Positions 1 through 9,009 of a stretch of 64,000 bases of DNA are shown in pieces. How positions within the stretch are numbered: the first letter of the stretch is position 1; each line of letters starts with the position of its first letter. The notes below the pieces were generated by a model. It saw only the letters and a list, made by a program, of their open reading frames with translations, was not told the origin of the DNA and ran no database searches. Source of the DNA: Kiloniellaceae bacterium (GTDB taxonomy: Bacteria > Pseudomonadota > Alphaproteobacteria > Kiloniellales > Kiloniellaceae); contig JBHJOA010000016.1 of the NCBI GenBank assembly GCA_050330205.1, positions 21,637 to 85,636 on the forward strand. Reading direction: 5' to 3'. The position numbers and the translations under genes were made by a program.

Positions 1-609
1 GTGGTGGTGGCGACCCAGATGCTGGAATCGATGATCTCGGCGCCGGCACCGACCCGCGCCGAGGCCTCAGACGTCGCCACCGCGGTCTACGACGGCGCCG
101 ACGCGGTGATGCTCTCGGCCGAGTCCGCCGCCGGCAAGTACCCGCGCGAGGCGGTCACCTTCATGGACCGCATCATCCGCTCGACCGAGGCCGATCCGGC
201 CTACCGCGGCATCCTGCACGCGCGTGACGGCGCGCCCGAGGCGACCGGCGCCGACGCCATCTCCGCCGCCGCCTCCCAGGTCGCCGCGACCCTCGAAACC
301 GCCGCCATCGTCACCTACACCATGTCCGGATCGACGGCGCTGCGCGCCGCGCGGCAGCGCCCCAATGCGCCGATCATGGTGCTGACCAACGAACTGCGCA
401 CGGCGCGCCGCCTGGCCGGCCTGTGGGGCGCGCACTGCGTGCTGACCGAGGACGTTTCGAACACCCAGGAGATGGTGGAGAAGGCCTGCCGCCTGGCGGT
501 TCGCGAGGGGATGGCCAATCTGGGCGACACCCTGGTAATCACCGCCGGCGTGCCGTTCAAGACGCAGGGCACCACCAACATGCTGCGTATCGCCCGCGTC
601 GATTACTGA
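1..609 (+). CDS. pyk: pyruvate kinase, C-terminal part (5' end lies outside the window)
   Basis: ORF runs off the left edge. Translation carries ATQMLESM..PTRAE.SDVA.AV.DGADAVMLS.ESA.GKYP, the conserved pyruvate kinase core, followed by the C-terminal regulatory domain. Confidence 0.93.
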   Translation: MVVATQMLESMISAPAPTRAEASDVATAVYDGADAVMLSAESAAGKYPREAVTFMDRIIRSTEADPAYRGILHARDGAPEATGADAISAAASQVAATLETAAIVTYTMSGSTALRAARQRPNAPIMVLTNELRTARRLAGLWGAHCVLTEDVSNTQEMVEKACRLAVREGMANLGDTLVITAGVPFKTQGTTNMLRIARVDY

Positions 610-621
610 GGCGCCGTCCGG

Positions 622-1179
622 TCAGGTCTCGCGGTCGCGCAGGATCTTGCGCAGCTGCTCGGCGTTGATCGCCGCCGAGGTCATCTGCGGGTGGATATCC
701 AGCGCCGCCTCGAAGGCCTCGAGCGCGCGGCGTTCGTCCTCCAGCTTCACATAGACCAGGCCGCGGCCCGCGAGGGCGCCGAAGTGGCGCGGCTCCAGCT
801 CCAGGGTCTTGGCGATATCCGCCAGGGATTTGCCGTAGTTGCCGAGCAGGTAGTTGACGGTCGCCCGCTTGTTCCAGCCTTCCGCGAAATCCGGCGCGAT
901 GAGCACCATCTGGTCGAACTTGCCGAGGGCGTGGGGGTGGTCGCCGCGGTTCATCGCCAGGATGCCGTCGCGCATCAGGCCGCGCACGGCGCCGTCGTCC
1001 GACTCGATCCAGACGCGCCAGATCAGGCCCTCGATCTGCTGCGCCTCGGCAGGTCCCGGCGCCGCCAGCAGGCTGGCGAAGAGCCCCTCGAGGCGGCTGT
1101 CGTTCTGGTCGGCGCGCGCCGTCAAGGCCGCCGAAAGGACGACGAGGATCGCGATCGCTGTGGCCGACAGGCGCCTCAT
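622..1179 (-). CDS. secreted TPR-repeat protein
   Basis: 185 aa. Signal peptide MRRLSATAIAILVVLSAALTARA. TPR-like helical repeats (NYLLGNYGKSLADIAKTLELEP..ALAGRGLVYVKLEDERRALEAFEAAL). Confidence 0.8.
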   Translation of the reverse strand: MRRLSATAIAILVVLSAALTARADQNDSRLEGLFASLLAAPGPAEAQQIEGLIWRVWIESDDGAVRGLMRDGILAMNRGDHPHALGKFDQMVLIAPDFAEGWNKRATVNYLLGNYGKSLADIAKTLELEPRHFGALAGRGLVYVKLEDERRALEAFEAALDIHPQMTSAAINAEQLRKILRDRET

Positions 1180-1334
1180 GACGTCGATTATGGCGCAATC
1201 GCCGCCCCCGCCAAAGCGCCGCTCGACACCTCTTGATCACAAATCTTTGAAATCGAAAGCTGGCATGTCGGGCGAGGCCGGCGGCGTAAGCCGCTAAGAT
1301 TCCGAAAAGTCGTTGCCCCCCCGTCCGGCGGAAG

Positions 1335-2627
1335 CTAACGCGCCGCCAGGGCCCGGGGCGGCGGCCCGCCGGTCGCCCAGTCGAGCAGTTCCACGGTGTG
1401 CACCACCGGGATCGTGGTGCCGCCGGCGATCTGGGTCATGCAGCCGATGTTGCCGGTGGCGATGACGTCCGGCCGGGTGCTTTCGATGTTGGCGACCTTG
1501 CGCGCCTTCAGGCGCTCGGCGATGGCGGGCTGCAGCAGGTTGTAGGTGCCCGCCGAGCCGCAGCAGAGATGGCCCTCCGGCACCTCCTTCACGGCGAAGC
1601 CGGCCGCTGCCAGCAGCGCCTTGGGCTCGCGGCGGACCTGCTGGCCGTGCTGCAGCGAGCAGGCCGAGTGGTAGGCGACGGTAAGCTGCTGCTGGACGGC
1701 CGGCGCCGTCAGGCCGAGTCCGTCGAGATACTCGGTGACGTCCCGGGTGATGGCGGAGATTCTCGCCGCGCGGTCCTTCCAGGCGGCATCCTCGCGCAGC
1801 ATGAAGCCGTAGTCCTTGACCGTGGTGCCGCAGCCGGAGGCGTTGACGATGACGGCATCCAGCCCCTCGCCCTCCAGTTCGCGGCTCCAGGCGGCGACGT
1901 TGCTGCGCGCCGAGTCCAGGGCCGGCGCCTCGCGGCCCATGTGATGGACCAGCGCGCCGCAGCAGCCGGCCCCCTTCGCCACCACCACCTCGACTCCGTG
2001 GCGGGTCAGCAGACGCACCGTCGCCTCGTTGATCTCCGGCGCCAGCACCTTCTGAGCGCAGCCGGTCAGCAGCGCCACGCGGCCGCGCCGCGCGCCCTCG
2101 GCCGCGAAGACCTGTGGCCGGTCGACACCGCTGGGCGCGCGCACCTCCGCCGGCGCCATGGCCAGCAGGCCCTTCAGCCGGCCCGGCATGAGCCCGGCCA
2201 GCGGCTTGGCGAAGAACGCACCGAGCAGCGCCAGGCGGAAACGTGTCGGGTGCGGCAGCACGAAGGCGAGCAGCCGGCGCAGCAGGCGGTCCGGCAGCGG
2301 CCGGCGATAGGTCTCCGCGATGTGCCTGCGGGCGTGATCGACCAGGTGCATGTAGTGCACGCCGGAAGGACAGGTGGTCATGCAGGAGAGGCAGGACAGG
2401 CAGCGGTCGATGTGCTTCACCACGTCGGGCGAAGCCGCGCGGTCGTTTTCCAGCATGTCCTTGATGAGGTAGATGCGCCCGCGCGGGCTGTCGAGTTCGT
2501 CGCCCAGCAGGACGTAGGTCGGACAGGTCGCCGTGCAGAAGCCGCAGTGCACGCAGGTGCGCAGGATGCGCTCGGACTCCGCGACGTCAGGATCGGCGAG
2601 CTGGGCCAGCGAGAAATTCGTCTGCAT
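1335..2627 (-). CDS. glcF: glycolate oxidase iron-sulfur subunit
   Basis: 430 aa. Two 4Fe-4S motifs (CVHCGFCTATCP, CLSCLSCMTTCP) plus CCG domains (CCGSAG). Third gene of a glcD-glcE-glcF arrangement. Confidence 0.93.
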   Translation of the reverse strand: MQTNFSLAQLADPDVAESERILRTCVHCGFCTATCPTYVLLGDELDSPRGRIYLIKDMLENDRAASPDVVKHIDRCLSCLSCMTTCPSGVHYMHLVDHARRHIAETYRRPLPDRLLRRLLAFVLPHPTRFRLALLGAFFAKPLAGLMPGRLKGLLAMAPAEVRAPSGVDRPQVFAAEGARRGRVALLTGCAQKVLAPEINEATVRLLTRHGVEVVVAKGAGCCGALVHHMGREAPALDSARSNVAAWSRELEGEGLDAVIVNASGCGTTVKDYGFMLREDAAWKDRAARISAITRDVTEYLDGLGLTAPAVQQQLTVAYHSACSLQHGQQVRREPKALLAAAGFAVKEVPEGHLCCGSAGTYNLLQPAIAERLKARKVANIESTRPDVIATGNIGCMTQIAGGTTIPVVHTVELLDWATGGPPPRALAAR

Positions 2628-2637
2628 TTCCTGGTCC

Positions 2638-3885
2638 CTAGAGCCCGGCGTACATGCGCCCGGGGTTGAGCACCCGCTGGGGATCGAAGCTGTCCTTCAC
2701 GCGCCGCGTCAGCGCCGCGGTCGCGACATCCTGCGGCTGGAACACCTCGACGGCGGCGCGCAACTCCAGCGGCGCGCGGATGAGCGTCGCATGGCCGCCG
2801 ACGCCGGCGACGGCCGCGCGCACGACGGCGGCACCGGCATGGTCCGCGCCGTCCCGCGGCACCGCCAGCCAGACGAGGCCGCCGCCCCAGTCGTAGAAGG
2901 CCTCGGCGGCGGGCAACTGCGCGGCGATCGCGGCAACCGTGCGGGGACCCTCGGTCGGCGCCACCGAGAGGCGCCACACGGCGGCCTTGTCGCGATCGAC
3001 GAAGGGCCGGACGTCCCGCAGTTCCCGCCAGAAGAGGTGCGAATTGTGGCTGTGCAGTTCCTCAGTCGCCCCGAGATCGGCCAGGTCGCGCCGCAGCGCA
3101 GCGCAGCGATACTCCACCGACGGCCCCGGCCCTTCCAGGCGCAGGGCGGTGACCGCGCCGCCGGCCCCGGCAACGTAGGAAACTTCCGAGCCGGACGTCA
3201 GGGCGGCCGGCAGGTGGGCGGCGCCGGAAACCTCGTGCGGCGAACCGAGCGCGCGGGTCATGGCCTGCGCCGCCGTCGCGTCGTCGAGTCCGAGGAGGAG
3301 AACCGTGTAGGTCTTCTCCGGACGCGGCAGCACCTTGACCGTCACGTCGGTCATCGCCGCCAGGGTGCCATGGGAGCCGCAGAGCAGCTTGCAGAGGTCG
3401 TAGCCGGTCACGTTCTTCACCACGCGGCCACCCGACTTGAAGAGCTCGCCGCGGCCGGAAACCGCCTCGACGCCGAGGAAATGATCGCGGGCCGCGCCGG
3501 CCTTGATGCGCCGCGGGCCGGAGAGATTGCAGGCCAGCACGCCACCGATGGAGGCGGCACCGGCCGGGCCGCCCAGCAGCGGGCCCAGGTCCGCCGGCTC
3601 GAAGGCCAGCATCTGGCGCTGCTCGTCGAGCGCCGCCTCGAGGGTCGCCAAAGGCGTGCCGGCCCGCGCGGAGAGCACCAGTTCCTCGGGTTCGTAGAGG
3701 GTGATCCCGTCGAGGCGCGAAAGGTCGAGGCTGTGGGCGGCCTGCACCGGGCGCCCGAAACCGCGCTTGCTGCCACGCCCCAGAACTTCCAGGGGAGAAG
3801 CTTCGGCCGCCGCCCAGGCCACGACCTCGACCACCTGGTCCCGATTGTCCGGTGCAAACACCGCTGCCTTTTCGGAAGCCATCAT
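2638..3885 (-). CDS. glcE: glycolate oxidase FAD-binding subunit
   Basis: 415 aa. PCMH-type FAD-binding domain. Sits between glcD and glcF with 11-nt gaps. Confidence 0.9.
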   Translation of the reverse strand: MMASEKAAVFAPDNRDQVVEVVAWAAAEASPLEVLGRGSKRGFGRPVQAAHSLDLSRLDGITLYEPEELVLSARAGTPLATLEAALDEQRQMLAFEPADLGPLLGGPAGAASIGGVLACNLSGPRRIKAGAARDHFLGVEAVSGRGELFKSGGRVVKNVTGYDLCKLLCGSHGTLAAMTDVTVKVLPRPEKTYTVLLLGLDDATAAQAMTRALGSPHEVSGAAHLPAALTSGSEVSYVAGAGGAVTALRLEGPGPSVEYRCAALRRDLADLGATEELHSHNSHLFWRELRDVRPFVDRDKAAVWRLSVAPTEGPRTVAAIAAQLPAAEAFYDWGGGLVWLAVPRDGADHAGAAVVRAAVAGVGGHATLIRAPLELRAAVEVFQPQDVATAALTRRVKDSFDPQRVLNPGRMYAGL

Positions 3886-3896
3886 CGCTGTCGACT

Positions 3897-5384
3897 TCAG
3901 AAGCGCGGCAGGTCGGGAAACGGCAGCTTGCCGCCGCTGATGTGCATGCGGCCCAACTCGGCGCAGCGATGCAGCTGCGGGAAGACCTTGCCGGGATTAA
4001 GCAGCGCGTCGGGGTCGAAGGCGCACTTCACGCGCTGCTGCTGCTTGAGGTCGATCTCGCTGAACATCGATCCCATGAGATCGCGTTTCTCGATGCCGAC
4101 ACCGTGTTCGCCGGTAAGCACGCCGCCGACCTCGACACAGAGCTTCAGAATATCGGCGCCGAAGTCTTCTGCCTTCTCAAGTTCGCCGGGCTTGTTGGCG
4201 TCGTAGAGGATCAGAGGATGGAGATTGCCGTCGCCGGCGTGAAAGACGTTGGCCACGCGCAGGCCGTAGTGCTCGCTGAGTTCGCGCATGCGCTTCAGCA
4301 CCTGCGGCAGGCGCGCGCGCGGAATCGTGCCATCCATGCAGTAGTAATCCGGCGATATGCGGCCGACCGCCGGAAAGGCCGCCTTACGACCGGCCCAGAA
4401 CGTCAGGCGCTCGGACTCGCTCTCGCTGATGCGGCTGGTGACGGCGCCCTTGTCGGCGGCGATCTTCGAAACCTCGCCGATCAGGTAGTCGACCTCCGCC
4501 TGGGGACCGTCGAGCTCAACGATCAGCAGCGCTTCGACGTCGCGCGGATAGCCAGCCTGGACGAAGTCCTCGGCCGCGTTGATGGCCGGCTTGTCCATCA
4601 TCTCCATGCCGCCGGGAATGATGCCGGCGGCGATGATGGCCGCCACCGCGTCGCCGGCCTGTTCGTTGGTCGGAAAGCCGAGCAGCAGGGCGCGCGCCGT
4701 CTCCGGCTTCTTCAGCAGGCGCACCGTCACCTCGGTGATCACGCCGAGCAGGCCTTCGGAGCCGGTCATCAGTCCGAGCAGATCATAGCCCTCGGCATCG
4801 AGGTGCTTGCCGCCGAGGCGCAGCACGGTGCCGTCCATCAGCACCATCTCCAGGCCGAGCAGGTTGTTGGTGGTGAGGCCGTACTTCAGGCAGTGCACGC
4901 CGCCGGAGTTCTCGGCCACGTTGCCGCCGATGGTGCAGGCGATCTGGCTGGAGGGATCAGGCGCGTAGTAGAAGCCGTGATCCTCGACCGCATGGGTGAT
5001 GGCGAGGTTGGTGACGCCCGGCTGCACCACGGCGCAGCGGTTGTCGAAGTCGATTTCCAGCACACGGTTGAACTTGCCGAGCCCGAGGACGATGCCGTCG
5101 GCCAGCGGCAGGGCGCCGCCGGACAGCGAAGTGCCGGCGCCGCGCGGCACCACCTTCACGCCGCGGTCCTGGCAGCACTTCAGGATCCGCGAGACCTGGT
5201 CGGTGGTCTCCGGCAGCACGACGATCAGCGGCAGTTGGCGGTAGGCGGTGAGGCCGTCGGATTCGTAGGCCCGCAGCTCCTCCTCGTCGACGATCACCCC
5301 CTCACCTGGAACGATGGCGCGCAGGGCGGCGACGATGTCGGACTTGGCGGCGATGACCCCCTGATCCGGGTCGGGCATCTGCAT
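3897..5384 (-). CDS. glcD: glycolate oxidase subunit GlcD (FAD-linked oxidase)
   Basis: FAD-binding 4 domain (VVPRGAGTSLSGGA) and FAD-oxidase C domain. ATG at 5384 has an AGGGAG SD 10 nt upstream. The longer TTG start at 5429 would fall inside the predicted operator. Confidence 0.93.
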   Translation of the reverse strand: MQMPDPDQGVIAAKSDIVAALRAIVPGEGVIVDEEELRAYESDGLTAYRQLPLIVVLPETTDQVSRILKCCQDRGVKVVPRGAGTSLSGGALPLADGIVLGLGKFNRVLEIDFDNRCAVVQPGVTNLAITHAVEDHGFYYAPDPSSQIACTIGGNVAENSGGVHCLKYGLTTNNLLGLEMVLMDGTVLRLGGKHLDAEGYDLLGLMTGSEGLLGVITEVTVRLLKKPETARALLLGFPTNEQAGDAVAAIIAAGIIPGGMEMMDKPAINAAEDFVQAGYPRDVEALLIVELDGPQAEVDYLIGEVSKIAADKGAVTSRISESESERLTFWAGRKAAFPAVGRISPDYYCMDGTIPRARLPQVLKRMRELSEHYGLRVANVFHAGDGNLHPLILYDANKPGELEKAEDFGADILKLCVEVGGVLTGEHGVGIEKRDLMGSMFSEIDLKQQQRVKCAFDPDALLNPGKVFPQLHRCAELGRMHISGGKLPFPDLPRF

Positions 5385-5427
5385 GAAAACGCTGCTCCCT
5401 GGTTCCCACCGCATTCCTCGACGGGGC

Positions 5428-5444
5428 AATTGGTAATACCAATT
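5428..5444. promoter_or_regulatory. 17-bp perfect palindrome AATTGGTA-N-TACCAATT, candidate GntR/FadR-type operator of glcDEF
   Basis: Perfect inverted repeat containing a TGGT-N3-ACCA core. Lies 8 nt downstream of the predicted -10 of the glcD promoter. Confidence 0.45.
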
Positions 5445-5452
5445 TTCGGGAG

Positions 5453-5481
5453 ACTATGGCGCGAGGGACCGGCGGGGTCAA
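5453..5481 (-). promoter_or_regulatory. sigma70-like promoter of glcDEF
   Basis: Minus strand TTGACC (5481-5476), N17, CATAGT (5458-5453), about 60 nt upstream of the glcD ATG. Confidence 0.4.
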
Positions 5482-5514
5482 TGCCCGAGGGCGGGGCAAC
5501 AGGCCGGACAAGCG

Positions 5515-5546
5515 AAAGGCCGCGCCCCCGGCGGGGCACGGCCTTT
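5515..5546 (-). terminator. GC-rich hairpin downstream of rpmJ (weak U tract, symmetric)
   Basis: AAAGGCCGCGCCCC-CGGC-GGGGCACGGCCTTT, a 14-bp stem with one mismatch flanked by A3/T3, 64 nt after the rpmJ stop. Confidence 0.4.
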
Positions 5547-5609
5547 CATGTCACCTGGGCTCGTCCGTCGGCACGGCCCCTCCGGGGGAGGGGCGGCGAC
5601 GCGAGCCGC

Positions 5610-5735
5610 TCAGCCCTGGCGGGCCTTGAAGCGCGGATTCTTCTTGTTGATCACGTAGACGCGACCCTTGCGGCGCACGACACGGCAGCCTTTTTCCCGC
5701 AGTTTCGCGGTCTTGAGAGAGTTAACGACCTTCAT
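5610..5735 (-). CDS. rpmJ: 50S ribosomal protein L36 (Cys-poor, YkgO-like type)
   Basis: 41-codon ORF below the ORF-track cutoff: [41 protein letters not shown]. This shows the classic L36 pattern (VRRKGR.YVI.K.NPRFKA.QG). Confidence 0.9.
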   Translation of the reverse strand: MKVVNSLKTAKLREKGCRVVRRKGRVYVINKKNPRFKARQG

Positions 5736-5814
5736 TTCTCTGTCCTCGTTGGCTGGCCCCGTCGGCCGGCCTGATCAACCGCGCCGAGCCTCTGCCGGCG
5801 CGCGGAAAGCCGGG

Positions 5815-5843
5815 AACATAGGCATCGCCGTCGGGGCTGTCAA
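5815..5843 (-). promoter_or_regulatory. near-consensus sigma70 promoter of rpmJ
   Basis: Minus strand TTGACA (5843-5838), N17, TATGTT (5820-5815), about 72 nt upstream of the rpmJ ATG. Confidence 0.5.
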
Positions 5844-5897
5844 CCTCGTCAAAGCCCCGGATTCCTGCCGCCGGGGCGGGTCGCCGCCGGCGCCCCG

Positions 5898-6848
5898 CTA
5901 CCAGTCGGAGAGCATCTTCTCCGCCTCTTTCTTCAGAGCATGAAATCGGCAGATCCGGAGGGCGCCGGCGTCGATCGCCTTGGTTCGCCGGGTCCACAGC
6001 TCCACGGCGTCGGTGATCGCCTCGGAGGTCTTCTTGTCGACGGTCTTGCCCTTCAGGCTGGAGAGGAAGCGCGCCCAGCTGCCGGTGATAATGCCGTAGA
6101 CCTCTTCGGTGATGTCTTCCTTGATGCGGATATCCAGGCGCGCCTCGGTCAGCGCCGCCTCGTAGTCACGCATGGTCCAGGGATTCGGCTTCTTCGGCTC
6201 GCCTTCGGCCCAGGCGAAGACCGCCCGCTCGTCGGCCTTTTCCGCCAGCACGTAATCGGTGAAGAGCAGCTGCCCGCGCGGCCGGATCATGTGGATGATC
6301 TCCTTCAGCAGCCGGTCCTTGTCCTCCACCGTGAAGAGAGATTCCTTCGAGATCACGCAGTCGGTCGAGTTTTCGCGGAACTCGTAGCGATCCATGTCGA
6401 AGTAGTGGATCGGCGCGCGCTTGGCGAGGCCGGCCATGGTCGAGAGCTCCATGCCGGCGTCCGCCACCTCGCGGTCGGATTCGAGCCCGGTGATCCAGAT
6501 ATCGAACTTCTCGGAGATCAGGCGGGTGGCGCCGCCGAGGCCGGCGCCGACATCGATGATTGTGTGGGCGGGGTTGAGGCCCAGCGGCTTGACCAGCCGC
6601 AGGATATACTCCTCGTCGCCGGGACCCGACATGCCGCGGCCCCAGATCTGCTGCATGACCTCGAGGCGCTGAGACTTCGGCTCCGGCCCTTCGTAGCGCA
6701 CAGCATCCTGCGTCAGATCCCCCATTTCCAGGGGGATCTTCTGCTTCTGCCGGATCGCGAGGTCGTAGCCTTCCCACCACGCCTTGAGGCGCACCCAGAA
6801 GGGAATCTTCCGTTTTCCGGCCGACTTGGCTGTCCTTGCCAGTGCCAT
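5898..6848 (-). CDS. class I SAM-dependent methyltransferase (phosphoethanolamine/phospholipid N-methyltransferase-like layout)
   Basis: 316 aa from ATG 6848. SAM motif I IIDVGAGLGGAT. Basic amphipathic N-terminus (KSAGKRKIPFWVRLKAWW). The substrate assignment is inference only. Confidence 0.8.
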   Translation of the reverse strand: MALARTAKSAGKRKIPFWVRLKAWWEGYDLAIRQKQKIPLEMGDLTQDAVRYEGPEPKSQRLEVMQQIWGRGMSGPGDEEYILRLVKPLGLNPAHTIIDVGAGLGGATRLISEKFDIWITGLESDREVADAGMELSTMAGLAKRAPIHYFDMDRYEFRENSTDCVISKESLFTVEDKDRLLKEIIHMIRPRGQLLFTDYVLAEKADERAVFAWAEGEPKKPNPWTMRDYEAALTEARLDIRIKEDITEEVYGIITGSWARFLSSLKGKTVDKKTSEAITDAVELWTRRTKAIDAGALRICRFHALKKEAEKMLSDW

Positions 6849-7017
6849 CGGCACCCTTCGTAGTCGTTCGATGTCGTTGGCCAGCCGCCCGCGGCGACAA
6901 AGACAGGCTGGGTCAATGGTTATCGTTAATGCCAAATGGCAAACATTCGCTTAATAGCGAATACCGGAACCGACCCGGAATCGAGGCAATCCGCCGACGC
7001 CGGACAGGATCCCACCG

Positions 7018-8019
7018 TCAGCCGCCGGCCGCCCGCTGGGCGCGCCGATAGGCCGTGGGACTGACGGCGTAGTGCCGGCGGAAGGTCCGCGAGAAGGCGG
7101 AATGGGACCCGAAACCGCTGCGCACGGCGATGACCTGCATCGACAGCCGGGTGTCCAGCAGCAGGCGCCGCGCTGCCTGCAGCCTGAGGCGCAGGTAGTA
7201 GGTCCCCGGTCCCATGCCGAGGGCCTGCTTGAACAGCAGTTCCAGGCTGCGCGCCGAGAGGTCGAGACGGCGGGCGATGGCGGCGGTGGTCAGCGGGCTG
7301 TCGAGGTGGCCTTCCATCAGCCGGATGGCGGCGGCCACCCGAGGCTCGTAGCCGGCCAGGCGGCCGAGGGAGACCAGCGGCTGGGCGTCGTTGGGCGTGT
7401 GAGCCTCGTCGTAGATGAAGACGCTCGCCACCTCGAGGGCCAGCGGATAGCCGAAGCGGCGGCGGATCAGGTGCAGCATCAGGTCGAAGGTCGGCGAGGC
7501 GCCGCCGCTGGTGAAACAGCGGCCGTCGATGACGAAGCGATCGGGCAGCACCTCGACCCCCGGAAAGCGGGCGGCGAAGTCCTCCAGGTCTTCCCAGTGG
7601 GTGGTCGCCGAGCGGCCGTCGAGCAGGCCGGCGCGGGCGAGCAGCCAGCTGCCGGCTTCGACGCCGGCGAAGGCGCGAAAGCGTCCGGTCGCGCCCCGCA
7701 GCAGGGCCAGCAACTGCTGGCTCGCATGGCGCTCGTGGCGAAAGCCGGCGACGACGATGAGGACATCACCCTCGGCGTCGCGCCCGAAGCGGCCGTCGGC
7801 GGCGACGGCGACGCCACAGGTGAGGGCCGCCGGGTCGCCCTCCGGCGTGACGATCCGCCAGGAAAACAGGGGGCGCCGTGCCAGCCGGTTGGCCGCGCGC
7901 ATGGGGTCGAGCGTCGAGGCCAGCGACATCATCGAGGACTCGGGCAGCAGCAGCACCGTCACCCGGAGCGGCTCGTCCGAGGGGGCGAAGATCGGGCTTT
8001 CGCTATTCATCAAGAACAT
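7018..8019 (-). CDS. cdhR: GlxA-family (DJ-1/PfpI + AraC HTH) transcriptional regulator, CdhR-like
   Basis: 333 aa. N-terminal GATase1-like domain and C-terminal AraC HTH (FSRTFRRHYAVSPTAYRR). Divergent from the carnitine genes, as with Pseudomonas cdhR/cdhCAB. Confidence 0.8.
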   Translation of the reverse strand: MFLMNSESPIFAPSDEPLRVTVLLLPESSMMSLASTLDPMRAANRLARRPLFSWRIVTPEGDPAALTCGVAVAADGRFGRDAEGDVLIVVAGFRHERHASQQLLALLRGATGRFRAFAGVEAGSWLLARAGLLDGRSATTHWEDLEDFAARFPGVEVLPDRFVIDGRCFTSGGASPTFDLMLHLIRRRFGYPLALEVASVFIYDEAHTPNDAQPLVSLGRLAGYEPRVAAAIRLMEGHLDSPLTTAAIARRLDLSARSLELLFKQALGMGPGTYYLRLRLQAARRLLLDTRLSMQVIAVRSGFGSHSAFSRTFRRHYAVSPTAYRRAQRAAGG

Positions 8020-8099
8020 TTCGTAATCTGTCGAGCGGAAAACTGCAATCCCGGCATGATCCTGGCCGGGACCAAGGCCAGGACAACGGGAGCATCACC

Positions 8100-9005
8100 A
8101 TGGGGCTGCAGCCGAACCGCGACGTCTTCATCACCTGCGCCGTGACCGGCGCCGGCGACACCACCGGCCGCTCCGACAAGGTGCCGGTGACGCCGCGCCA
8201 GATCGCCGATTCCTGCATCGAGGCCGCGGCGGCGGGCGCCGCCATCGTCCATATCCATGTGCGCGACCCCGAAACCGGCCGGCCCGCCCGCGATCCCGCC
8301 CTCTACGCCGAGGTGGTGGACCACATCCGCGCATCCGGAACCGACGTCGTGCTGAACCTGACCGCCGGCATGGGCGGCGACCTCACCCTCGGCAGCGTCG
8401 AGGCCCCCCTGCCCCCGGCCGCGGCCGGCACCGACATGGCCGGGGCGACCGAGCGCCTCGCCCATGTCGCCCGGATCCTGCCGGAGATCTGCACCATCGA
8501 CTGCGGCACCATGAACTTCGGCGAGGGCGACTACGTCATGACCAACACGCCCGCCATGCTGAAGGAGATGGCGCGGCAGGTGCAGGCCCTCGGCGTGCGC
8601 CCGGAAATCGAGGCCTTCGACACCGGTCACCTGCTGCTCGCCAAGTGGCTGAAGGACCAGGGCCTGATCGACGACCCGGCGATGATTCAGCTCTGCATGG
8701 GTATCCCCTGGGGGGCGCCCGACGACATGGCGACCCTCATGGCGATGACCGCCAACCTGCCGCCGGACTGGGTCTTCTCCGCCTTCTCCATCGGCCGTAA
8801 CCAGCTGCCCTACGCCGCCATGGCGGTGCTCGCCGGCGGCAACATCCGCGTCGGCCTGGAGGACAACATCTGGCTGGACAAAGGCGTGCTGGCCACCAAC
8901 GGCCAACTGGTCGAGCGCGCCGCCACCATCGCCCGCGCCATGGGCAGCCGGGTCATGGGTCCCGGCGAGGTGCGCGAGAAACTGAAGCTGCAGAAACGCT
9001 GGTAA
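8100..9005 (+). CDS. beta-keto acid cleavage enzyme (DUF849/BKACE), dehydrocarnitine cleavage enzyme-like
   Basis: 301 aa from ATG 8100 (GGGAG SD). BKACE motifs ITCAVTGAG and IVHIHVRDPETG. Immediately upstream of the L-carnitine dehydrogenase gene. Confidence 0.88.
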   Translation: MGLQPNRDVFITCAVTGAGDTTGRSDKVPVTPRQIADSCIEAAAAGAAIVHIHVRDPETGRPARDPALYAEVVDHIRASGTDVVLNLTAGMGGDLTLGSVEAPLPPAAAGTDMAGATERLAHVARILPEICTIDCGTMNFGEGDYVMTNTPAMLKEMARQVQALGVRPEIEAFDTGHLLLAKWLKDQGLIDDPAMIQLCMGIPWGAPDDMATLMAMTANLPPDWVFSAFSIGRNQLPYAAMAVLAGGNIRVGLEDNIWLDKGVLATNGQLVERAATIARAMGSRVMGPGEVREKLKLQKRW

Positions 9006-9009
9006 CGCC

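Noticed and set aside
5385-5429. Longer glcD start (TTG at 5429)
   Set aside because: It would begin inside the 17-bp palindrome and downstream of the only good promoter. The ATG at 5384 has an AGGGAG SD and gives a GlcD-typical length.
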